Source: Octopus vulgaris
Lineage: Eukaryota
Length of the DNA: 64,000 bases
NCBI GenBank assembly: GCA_951406725.2
Contig: OX597822.1
Span: 70,060,001-70,124,000, forward strand
Direction: 5' to 3'
A program made the translations under genes and the position numbers. The notes beneath the pieces were generated by a model. That model was given only the letters and a program-made list of their open reading frames with translations. It was not told the origin of the DNA and ran no database searches. Positions 54,286-64,000 of the stretch are shown here, piece by piece (position 1 is the first letter of the stretch; each line of letters begins with the position of its first letter).

Positions 54286-54820
54286 TGCCCTGATGCAGTA
54301 CCAAGCAGTGGCTCTCGTGACTTCTGATCTTAACTGATTGGAAGTGCTATCATGTACATTGTTTTGTCTTGGTATAAAAGATGGGCTGCAGCAAATATTC
54401 TGTTCAATACCACAGATTTGCTTGTCAGTTGTTTGACCGTAACCAGTTGAGCATGTCCCGTAGTGGCTGATATGTGCATCTCTGATCATGAGCAGAAGTA
54501 GTGGGGGAGCATCATAGCCATGTGTTGAGAGGGACTCTTTGGGGTTTGAATAATTCACCTCTGGAAACATGTTTTGTTCAACATCCTTAAACAACCCTTA
54601 TTCAGGGACCTTTTGAGCGGGTTGGGTTACTTGACCAGAAGAAAATTCTAACTGGGCCCCACCAGCAAGGCCACGCGCCGTTTATCACCATGTCGCGCAC
54701 ATATGGTTGTGATGCATGTGCCTGGTGTACCCTTATCAGATGGATAGTCATGATGGGTATACTGGGCTTCGTATATTTTACCACAGTTTCACTTTGATGG
54801 CATGCACTGCTCTCTCACTC
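54284..54820. mobile_element. ~540-bp element embedded in an (AAT)n microsatellite
   Basis: GC-richer unique block bounded by (AAT)n at 54253-54283 and 54821-54864; no ORF recognised. Confidence 0.55.
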
Positions 54821-54865
<45 letters not shown>

Positions 54866-54890
54866 TTATCATTATTATTTATCATTATTA

Positions 54891-57800
54891 TGCCGGAAGT
54901 TCCTATTCTCTTCCATTCCGGGGTTGCTTCCCATGAAGACTGCAAATGCTCTCACCATCCCTACCCCTCCCTACCCCTAGTCTCGACCTATGTAAGGTAA
55001 TGTTCATACAGTGCAAAATATGAAAGGCTAGCGTTATGCAGGTTGTACTGAAGGCTACTTTACTACTTCATTTTTTTGCACATGAATTCTGCCAAATGCG
55101 AGCTTTCTTTTCAGGTACACGAAGCTACTGTCCACCGTCCCAGGGTCTCTAGAGCCCATGCCTTCCACACCCTCAGGGTTGGCACCCTCAACGTTGGCAC
55201 TCTGAAAGGTAGGTCTGGTGAGATAGTCGAGATGCTTGAACGGAGATGTGTGGATATATGTTGCATGCAAGAAATAAGGTGGAGAGGAGGATCAGCTAGG
55301 TTCCTCACAGGCAAGGAACGCAGGTACAAGATTTTCTGGGCAGGGAATACTGACGGGGTTGGTGGCGTGGGTATACTTATCGCTGAGAAATGGGTAGATA
55401 AAGTAATTGAGGTAATCAGAGTAAGTGACAGAATACTTAAGATTAGATTAGTGCTTCATCATAGTTTAGCAACCATTATATCAGCCTATGCTCCTCAGTC
55501 GGGGCTACCCGATGGACAGAAAGACCGATTCTATGACACTCTACTGCAGACTACCTCATTGACGAACGACAGAGACCTTATCTTTGTGGCTGGTGACTTC
55601 AATGGTCACGTTGGACGACATGCTGGGGGCTTCCATGGCGTACATGGAGGCTACGGCTATGGCTCCCGCAACGAGGAGGGAACCAGGCTGCTGGAGTTCT
55701 GCGATGCAAATAATCTTATGATTTGCAACACTAACTTCAGGAAACCTACCAGCCACCTAGTCACTTACCAATCGGGCCAACATACCAGCCAAATTGACTA
55801 CATCCTTACAAGGCAAAGGGAGAGATGGCTGCTTATAAATGCCAAAACCTTCCCAGGTGAAGAATGTACCCCACAACATAGACTGGTAGTTAGTGACTTT
55901 AGGATCAGGACTAGGAGGACAACCAGAAGACGACAAATATGGAGAAGAAGGATCTGGAAGCTTAAAGATCCTGCAAATGGACAGAGATTTAGGGACATAT
56001 TACTTGAAGCCTCTGACGAAGTAGAAGGGGATAGAGCATCACAGGGGGTAGAAGACAGCTGGACGTTTCTAAGGGACAACCTGCTGAGAGCCACTGACCA
56101 GATCTGTGGCTGGTGCAAAGTCCCCTCTCGACCTAGAATAACGTGGTGGTGGAACAATATTGTAGACAGGGCTATTAGAGAAAAGAGACAGGCTTGGAAG
56201 GTCTGGAAAAATGGGGGTAGCAGGGAATTGTATCAGACTGCCAAAAGAGAAGCTAGGAGACAGGTTTATTTAGCCAGAGGGGAAGCAGATAAGAAAAAAT
56301 TTGCCAATGTTCTGCGCCGTGAGGACCAAAGACTGGAGGTGTTTCGTGTTGCAAGACAGTGTGTGAGAGAGAATCGTGATGTGGTAGGAGAGAAGTGTGT
56401 TCGCATGGAAGATGGTTCACTTGCGCTAAATGAGGATGCAAAGAGAGAGGTTTGGAGATGCCACTATGAAAGGTTGCTGAATGAAGAAAATGAATGGGAT
56501 AAAGAGAGTCTGCCGAATGTTGACCCAACAGAGGGACCAGCTATCCGAGTTGATAGTTCTGTGGTAGCTAAGGCAATTAGAAGCATGAAGACAGGGAAAG
56601 CCCCAGGCCCATCAGGAATCACTGCAGAGATGCTCAAAATGTCTGGTAGTGTCGGCTATAGCCTAGTCACCCATATAGTTAATCAGGTGATACACAAAGG
56701 GGTCATACCCAATGACTGGTGTAGCAGTATAATAGTCAACTGCTACAAAGGTAAAGGTGATGCCCTAGATACAAACAACTACAGAGGTATCAAGCTGTTG
56801 GACCAGGTGATGAAGGTTACGGAGAGGGTCATAGCCCAACTAATTAGAGAGAGAGTTAGTTTAGATGAGATGCAGTTTGGGTTTGTGCCAGGGAAAAGTA
56901 CTACTGATGCTATATTCCTGGTAAGGCAGCTGCAGGAGAAATACCTAGCCAAAGATAAGCCCCTGTACCTGGCTTTTGTTGACATGGAGAAAGCCTTCGA
57001 CAGGGTCCCCCGATCCCTTATCTGGTGGGCAATGAGAAAACTAGGGATAGATGAATGGTTAGTGAGAGCTGTGCGGGCCATGTATAGGGACGCCGCTAGT
57101 AGGGTGAGGGTTGGAAATGAGTACAGTGAAGAATTCCGGGTAGAGGTAGGGGTCCACCAAGGCTCAGTACTCAGCCCCCTCCTATTTATCATAGTCCTCC
57201 AGGCAATAACGGAGGAATTCAAGACAGGATGCCCTTGGGAGCTCCTCTATGCTGATGACCTTGCTCTAATTGCTGAGTCGCTATCAGAACTGGAGGAGAA
57301 GTTTCAGGTGTGGAAACAAGGATTAGAATCGAAGGGCCTCAGAGTCAATCTAGCTAAAACCAAAGTCGTAATCAGTAGGAAGGTAGACAAATCACAAACA
57401 CCTTCAGGTAGATGGCCCTGCTCGATCTGTAGAAAAGGTGTAGGTAGAAACTCTATAAGATGCACCAAGTGTAAGCTATGGACACATAAGAGATGCAGCA
57501 ATGTCAAAGGAAGGCTAACTAGGAAGATGGTTTTTGTATGTGGCAGATGCTCAGGAACAATAAACACTGAAAATGCTCTGAGACCAACTTCTGTCACTTT
57601 CCAGGGAGAAAAACTAGAAATAGTTGATAGTTTCCGTTACCTAGGTGACCAAGTCAGCAGCGGGGGCGGGTGTGCTGAAAGTGTAACTGCTAGAGTAAGA
57701 ATAGCTTGGGCAAAGTTCAGAGAGCTCTTACCTCTGCTGGTGACAAAAGGCCTCTCGCACAGAGTGAAAGGCAGACTGTATGATGCGTGTGTACGAACAG

Positions 57801-58816
57801 CCATGCTACATGGCAGTGAAACATGGGCCGTGACTGCTGAGGATATGCGTAAGCTCGCTAGAAATGAAGCCAGTATGCTCCGATGGATGTGTAATGCCAG
57901 TACTCACACTCGGCAGAGTGTAAGTACCTTGAGAGAAAAGCTGGACCTAAGAAGCATCAGTTGTGGTGTGCAAGAGAGACGTTTGCGCTGGTATGGTCAT
58001 GTGGCGAGAATGGATGAAGATAGTTGTGTGAAAAAGTGCCACACCCTAGCGGTTGAGGGAACCTGTGGAAGAGGCAGACCCAGGAAAACCTGGGACGAGG
58101 TGGTGAAGCACGACCTTCGAACTTTAGGTCTCACCGAGGAAATGACTAGAGACCGAGACCTCTGGAAGTGTGCTGTGCGCGAGAAGACCCGGCAGGACAA
58201 GTGAGTCCACAACCCGTGGCCTTCTACATGGGATGGAGCCAGCCTACGTATGCATACCTTCCCTTCTTGGGACACAAAACTCTACTTGTGAAGACGTGTT
58301 GAGGCAAGTGAGGATCAGAATCGAAATCGATCAATGGAAATTGCGGATGTGCTACCAGTGCCGGTGGCATGTCGAAACTCTGCTTGTGAAGACCCATTGA
58401 GGCAAGTGAGGATCAGAATCGAAATCGATCAATGGAAATCGATCAATGGAAATTGCAGATGTGTTACCAGTGCCGGTGGCATGTAAGAGAACCTTCCGTT
58501 TCGCGACCGTTGCCAGCACCGCCCCATTTCGTGTTCGTTGCCAGCCTCGCCTGGCCCTCGTGCCGGTGGCACATAAAAAACACCATCCGTTCGTGGCCGT
58601 TTGCCAGCTCTGGCTGGCACCAGTGCGGGTGGCACGTAAAAAGCACCCACTACACTCACGGAGTGGTTGGCGTTAGGAAGGGCATCCAGCCGTAGAAACA
58701 CTGCCAGATTTGACTGGGCCTGATGAAGCCTTCTGGCTTCACAGACCCCAGCAGAACCGTCCAACCCATGCTAGCATGGAAAACGGACGCTAAATGATGA
58801 TGATGATGATGATGAT
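54891..58816 (+). mobile_element. Apparently intact RTE-clade non-LTR retrotransposon (LINE)
   Basis: Short leader, single EN-RT ORF, ~600-bp 3' UTR ending in (TGA)n. The 5' boundary is approximate and no clear TSD was found. Confidence 0.92.
55076..58204 (+). CDS. RTE LINE polyprotein: APE endonuclease + reverse transcriptase with inserted PHD finger (first in-frame ATG 55082)
   Basis: Uninterrupted 1042 codons. EN motifs GTLNV, QE, SAYAP, GDFNGHVG, IDY, QHRLV. RT motifs KAPGPSG, NYRGIKLL, QFGF, FVDMEKAFD, GVHQGSVLSP, YADD (57248-57259), FRYLG. RTE-type C-terminus RRLRWYGHV...GRGRPRKTW. Confidence 0.97.
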   Translation: MHMNSAKCELSFQVHEATVHRPRVSRAHAFHTLRVGTLNVGTLKGRSGEIVEMLERRCVDICCMQEIRWRGGSARFLTGKERRYKIFWAGNTDGVGGVGILIAEKWVDKVIEVIRVSDRILKIRLVLHHSLATIISAYAPQSGLPDGQKDRFYDTLLQTTSLTNDRDLIFVAGDFNGHVGRHAGGFHGVHGGYGYGSRNEEGTRLLEFCDANNLMICNTNFRKPTSHLVTYQSGQHTSQIDYILTRQRERWLLINAKTFPGEECTPQHRLVVSDFRIRTRRTTRRRQIWRRRIWKLKDPANGQRFRDILLEASDEVEGDRASQGVEDSWTFLRDNLLRATDQICGWCKVPSRPRITWWWNNIVDRAIREKRQAWKVWKNGGSRELYQTAKREARRQVYLARGEADKKKFANVLRREDQRLEVFRVARQCVRENRDVVGEKCVRMEDGSLALNEDAKREVWRCHYERLLNEENEWDKESLPNVDPTEGPAIRVDSSVVAKAIRSMKTGKAPGPSGITAEMLKMSGSVGYSLVTHIVNQVIHKGVIPNDWCSSIIVNCYKGKGDALDTNNYRGIKLLDQVMKVTERVIAQLIRERVSLDEMQFGFVPGKSTTDAIFLVRQLQEKYLAKDKPLYLAFVDMEKAFDRVPRSLIWWAMRKLGIDEWLVRAVRAMYRDAASRVRVGNEYSEEFRVEVGVHQGSVLSPLLFIIVLQAITEEFKTGCPWELLYADDLALIAESLSELEEKFQVWKQGLESKGLRVNLAKTKVVISRKVDKSQTPSGRWPCSICRKGVGRNSIRCTKCKLWTHKRCSNVKGRLTRKMVFVCGRCSGTINTENALRPTSVTFQGEKLEIVDSFRYLGDQVSSGGGCAESVTARVRIAWAKFRELLPLLVTKGLSHRVKGRLYDACVRTAMLHGSETWAVTAEDMRKLARNEASMLRWMCNASTHTRQSVSTLREKLDLRSISCGVQERRLRWYGHVARMDEDSCVKKCHTLAVEGTCGRGRPRKTWDEVVKHDLRTLGLTEEMTRDRDLWKCAVREKTRQDK

Positions 58817-60727
58817 TTTAATCAGTTTTAGAAAAGTGCACCGTAAATTGTTAGACTTTTTTTGGGTGATTTTCTTTCTCTTTGTTTTTTTTTAACATTG
58901 TTGTTCCATTTAACTACATTTCTGTCAATATAGTACTACTGTCAACCAAGCAAATTGTATTTGTCTTGTGGTAATTTATCTCTCACTTGGTCCTGTTCTC
59001 AGCTAATTATATATTCTATTTTCGTCTTCCTTGATGTCTTCTTTCTTTCTTATCCTCATTTCTCAGTAGCAGCCAGTAAAGTAACCTGTTTTTTCCAAAT
59101 TGGCTTACTTGAATTCCATTCATTTTACATTTTTTCCATATCACACACTCCATTTCTCCTTCTAATATACAACTCTTAAATATCATTACTTGGGTCATGT
59201 CGACTTCACACTAACGGCTGTAGTTTTCCCTCACTCCTCCCTCCCTCTGTTTCATCTTCCTTGATGTGAAAGTACTCACTTGGTGACACATGATTTAAAC
59301 TGTGGAAAAACATCTTAAAATGTTCTTTTGCTGGAGCCACTCACTGACATTATGTCGTTCTTTTATAACTACCACTGACATTTTTTTCCTTTTTTGTTTT
59401 TTTTTACAAGAACACTTGTGTCATTTAGCAGTATTTGTTGTTTTGATGACCCACTCCTCAACAAAAATTAGGCTTACACCAAAACCTACCACAAAGAATT
59501 TATTTATATCTATGTTCTATAAGAAAGAATTATTTCAGGCAATTTGTCTAGCTCTGTTTTTTCACCAGCTGGTTGTTCATTGTAGCGTTTTTTTGATCTG
59601 ATACGACTGACTATCACTGCCCTTTTTCTCTCTTCCCTTTGGTATGATATATTCAGATTCCCCCACTATAAGATGGTATATTGTATCTACTAGTTTCTAG
59701 AGCTATACATCTCTGTCTGTCTCTGCCTGTCTGTCAGTCTGTCTCTCTTGCTAGACATACTTAGTGTAAAGATTTGCATCAGATTGTAGTGTTTCCCTCT
59801 AGAAGGCCATTCTCCATTTATCTGTATTGACTAAAAAAAGATACAGCACAGAACACATCCATGGATGAGGATGCGAAAGCCTTATTTATTACAGATTCCT
59901 TATCTTCATAACACACTAATTACATTTTATATAAACACACTCACACACACATAAAATCTTATTATATATATATCTATCTACACGCACACATACATACACA
60001 CAGATAAGTACGGTTTCTACTCACCCCCTTCTCACCAGACGATGATTATTACAAGAGTATGTCTGGCCAATTTATAATTTTATGCAGCAACACTATTAAC
60101 CAATTTATTGTAAAGCACTTTATAAATTGATGTATGTGTGGAATGGGAGCATGGAATAATTTATCTTTACAACTTGATCCATGTTGACCCTATACAAAGA
60201 TATATTTGTCTGTTCATATGCATATTAGGTTATTGTGTTATAACATTAATCTTTTAATATTATTGTTTTTATCAGATTTCCTTGTTTCTGATTATCTTCC
60301 ATCTGCTAGATGTCAATTCTAGGGTCAGTGGTTTGAAACTTTGTTATAATAGTTCTATATTTTCTTTCTGATTGCGTTGGCTTATAATATTATATATAGA
60401 GACAGAAGCTAATTTCCTTGTTTATATCACAATCTTGCTTGAAAAACTTTTGAAAAATAAGCTGAGACAACTCTTTGTATTTTCATTATTTTGCTTCCTG
60501 GTATTTGAAGTTTTTGTGGAATTACCTTCTATGTTTTACATGTCACACTCATTGGGCTGCGGCCATGCTGGGGCACTGCTTTGAAGGACTTAGCCAAACA
60601 AATCGCTCCTAGTACTTATCTTTTACTAAGTTGCTAAGTTGCAAGGACATAAACAACCCAATACTGGTCTTTAACCAGTGGGTGGGGGAACAAACATGAA
60701 GACACTCACATGCTCATGTGGACTTTG

Positions 60728-60765
60728 CCTCTTGCTGATGAAGAACCAGGCTTGAAGCATAATTT
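60728..60765 (+). other. Degenerate hammerhead-like remnant (Penelope end)
   Basis: CTGATGA-AGAACCAGGCTT-GAAG-CATA: spacing preserved, but stem II and GAAA are mutated. Confidence 0.3.
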
Positions 60766-62802
60766 CCACTCCTATTTTTCTGTCTTAAACTTTCACTAAG
60801 CATCAATCTAATATATTCTATACGCACACATATACACACACACATGACAGGCTTCTTTCAGTTTCCATTTACCAAATATATTCGCAAAGCATTGGTTGGA
60901 TCGGGGCTTTGGTATAGAGTGCTGTGTAGTGAGACTGATCCTGAAACCATGTGGTTACAAAGTGAGTTTCCTAACCACACATCCATGCTTGCATCTAGTT
61001 AGTTACGAACAAAACAAAACGCTCTTTCATATTTATATTCCTTGGAGCAAGTTAGCTCAGATTGGGTATTTCTGAACGTCTGGATATTTACTGGAGTTGT
61101 TGGCATAGCCATTTTATGAATGGAAACTATAAATACTGTTGTGATATCTAGTTTCAAAATAAGTTTTCTTTCTTGCCTAAGATTGCACTGCATAACAGTG
61201 TGTTGGTACTTTTAACTCAGCCAAAATAATAATAAAAAAAAAATTATAAATAATGGTAAATGCTAGTGTTTTGTTTTGGATTCGATAATGTTAAGTAGAT
61301 GAGACAACTGCTACAACTAATATATTCTCAGAGAATGCAGTACTTATTTTTTAAGCATTACTGAAGAACGAAATAGCCTACTCAGAAACAGTAACATGTT
61401 TTCTGTATACCCTCCTCATTATAATCATTTAACATCCATGTTCCAAGCAGGCATGGATTGGATGGGTTGACATGATTCAATAAGTTCAAGGGATGCATCA
61501 TATTCCAGTGTCTGCTTTGGGATGGTTTCTATGACTGGATGCCCTTCTTAATGCCAACCTCTTGACAACTTGTACTGGGTGCTTTTTACACGGCTTCAGC
61601 ACTTGTGAGGTCACCATGCAGCTAGCAAGACTATGAAATGTGAGGCATGGTGGCAGCTTTATGGATGGAAGCAGCTTTATATTAGGAGATGGGGATGGAG
61701 GCAGCTTTATATTAAGAGATGAGGAATTAAAGTATTGAGAGAAGTGTAGATGAGCATGTTCTTATTGTAAAGGAGTTACATAGCTTTTCAGAGTTAGAAG
61801 AGAGAGTGTGAATACCCAATAGGAGCTGAAAACTGATAAATAGTGGTGATGAGGTTTCCAGGTAGTTCCTCAAGATACAAGGTGAGTAGAAGTGAATGGC
61901 GAGAGAGGAACTAGGTGTGTGGATGGGCTTGAACTTTTAGAAAGTATATGGGGGAGCAAGGGATGGAGAAATGGGAGAGGAAGTAGGGAAAAACTTAATC
62001 TCGGTTCCTTTCCAAAATAATAGTGGGTAAAACTAAAAAATCTGGTGATGAAGGGTCAAAAAAATTAACTTGGCATTATGGTGAGGTATTGATAACTATA
62101 TGCAAGAAGAATGACTGCTTTAATTTTTTTTTGTCTTTTGATGCTTGTGTAGGTTGACCCAAATAGTTGACTAAAAACAATTTACAGTTTAGCCAGATTA
62201 AGTCTGCAGACACTACCACTGAAAGGGGTTGCACCTAGTAAAAACCGTTTTCCAAACATAGCCAGCAATTAAAACATATTTTATGATGACAAGTCTTTAA
62301 TTTCAAACTGTTCATAGGTTATTCTGTAAGTACAACCAATTCATGTCAGCATAGAAAAAGGAACATTAAAACATGGTTGTGCGGTTAAGTAGCTCATTTT
62401 GCAGTTGCATGGTTTTGGTTTCATGTCAATTCTTTCCTTCCATGCTTGCAATGGATACAATGATTTACTGGTGGAATCAGTTGTTTTTATAAGTGGACAC
62501 ACCCCTTACTCTGAAGGCTTGTAGCTTAGTGTTTAGGTAATCAGCTTATTATTGTAAGGTTGTGAGTTCAATTCCTGGTAGTGCGTTGTGCTCTTGAGTA
62601 AGACATTTATTTAATGTAGCTCCAGTCCACTCAGATGGCAAAAATGAGTTGTACCTGTAATTCAAAGGGTCAGTCTTGTCACATTCTATGTCATGCGGAA
62701 TCTCCCTGAGAACTAGTGTTAAGGGCATGTGTGTCTGTGGAGTGCTCTTGCTTCAATAGTATAGCTATTATATGCTATTATTATTATTATTATTATTATT
62801 AT

Positions 62803-62962
62803 TAAGGTGGCAAGCTGGCAGAATTGTTAGTGTGCCAGGTGAAATGCTTAACAGTATTTTGTCTGCCGCTATATTCTGAGTTCAAATTCTGTCGAGATTG
62901 ACTTTGCCTTTCATTCTTTTGGGATCAATAAATTGAGTACCAGTCAAGTACTGGGATCGATA
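62803..62962 (+). mobile_element. Family-B SINE within a family-C/D SINE, with ~50-bp host duplication
   Basis: TATGTCATGYGGAATCTCCCTGAGAACTAGTGTTAAGGGYATGTGTGTCTGTGGAGTGCT occurs at 62687-62746 and again at 62961-63020. Confidence 0.7.
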
Positions 62963-64000
62963 TGTCATGTGGAATCTCCCTGAGAACTAGTGTTAAGGGT
63001 ATGTGTGTCTGTGGAGTGCTGAGCCACTTGCATGTTAATTTCATGATCAGGTTATTCTGTTCATCAGATCAATGGAAACCTCGTTGTCATAACTGATAGT
63101 GCCACACCCCTTACTAAAAAACCACCCAATTGTAAAATTGGGAGAGAACCTCTTTTTTATTTTGTTATTCCCTTAGGCAAACTGGATCAAGGAAAATTAT
63201 GAAGCTTGCTTAAAGATGCAACACAATGATAATAGTATGATTTGAGCTTATTTGCTTTAGTCATTTGACTGCAGCCATGCTGGGGCACTGTCTGGAAGAA
63301 TTTAGTCTAACAAATCAAACCGAGGGAGTGTTTTTTTGTTTTTTTTAAGCCAGTTACTCATATCTGTTGGTTTCTTTCACTGAACTTCCAGTAGTCTGGT
63401 TTCTTAATCTCACAGCTGTTGTGCCACATAGATATGTCAAGAAATTATTTATTTTCATTTATGAACTTCTTTGTTAACATTGGGTGAAATATTTCTTCTA
63501 ATTATGTAACAAAGTGGGTGGCTGGATGCATGGTGGAGAATACAACAAACGTAGTCCTACTTACATCTTCATTTTATTAATAGATTCAGCATTTCTTTAT
63601 AATTGCATAACTATTTTGATGAAATAGTGCTAGAAATGAATTCGAGTTGGTACTACAAATTAGAGTGGGGTTTGGCTAGACCAAATAAGATCTATCATGA
63701 AGTAATTAAGTTGGTCCTTAAAACTTGTTCATCTCACTAATGAGAGGATACAAATCTGTGATATGTAAAGAAAAAAATACTACTTTTCAAATAAACTGGT
63801 CATGTAATTGATGCTAGTATAACAAAATGTTAACAAATGATGATAGATGATAATTCAACCATTCTTTCTCAAAAACACGCCCCCCCTCATATTGATTCAT
63901 ATTATTTGTTTCAAATTTTGGCACAAAGCCAGCTATTTCAAGGGAAGGAGTAAGTTGATTACATCTTCCTTAGTGCTCGATTGGTACTTATTTTATTGAC

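Noticed and set aside
54891-54960. HDV-like ribozyme at the RTE 5' end
   Set aside because: Only a CCGGAA/TTCCGG stem is visible; I could not build the nested double pseudoknot.
55556-57597. Antisense ORFs within the LINE
   Set aside because: Shadow frames of the long sense ORF.
58717-58750. CTGATGA-AGCC-TTCT-GGCT as a hammerhead in the RTE 3' UTR
   Set aside because: No GAAA after the stem, and other copies read CTGGTGCAGCC or CTGATGCAGCC.
54860-58830. Target-site duplication around the LINE
   Set aside because: The flanks (ATAATTTATCA versus ATGATTTTAATCA) are only loosely similar low-complexity sequence.

Overview
AT-rich, microsatellite- and SINE-dense animal DNA, most consistent with an octopus/coleoid cephalopod genome (inferred from the repeat families; not proven). 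The one host gene is a misshapen/MAP4K4-TNIK-MINK1 (GCK-IV Ste20) kinase on the + strand. Coding exon 1 is at 2917-2973 and exon 2 at 5050-5115. I could not find exon 3, so the remaining ~59 kb appears to be intron 2. That intron holds: an apparently intact, sense-oriented RTE-clade LINE (about 54891-58816; 1042-aa APE endonuclease-RT ORF); many truncated RTE 3' ends and tRNA-derived SINEs that carry the RTE tail; a decayed piggyBac transposon with a nearby cluster of related TTAA MITEs; hAT and Helentron-type non-autonomous elements; and Penelope-type hammerhead ribozyme motifs. The most interesting signals are: (1) a C4HC3 PHD finger inserted inside the RT domain of the LINE; (2) a GT-AG intron-like segment in the LINE leader whose phase-0 acceptor is in frame both with the LINE's own upstream ATGs and with kinase exon 2; (3) a tRNA-headed, hammerhead-bearing Penelope-tailed short element with a head-to-head inversion; and (4) a hammerhead with an intact catalytic core at 11534-11609. 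Nearly all other ORFs in the track are microsatellite or repeat artefacts.
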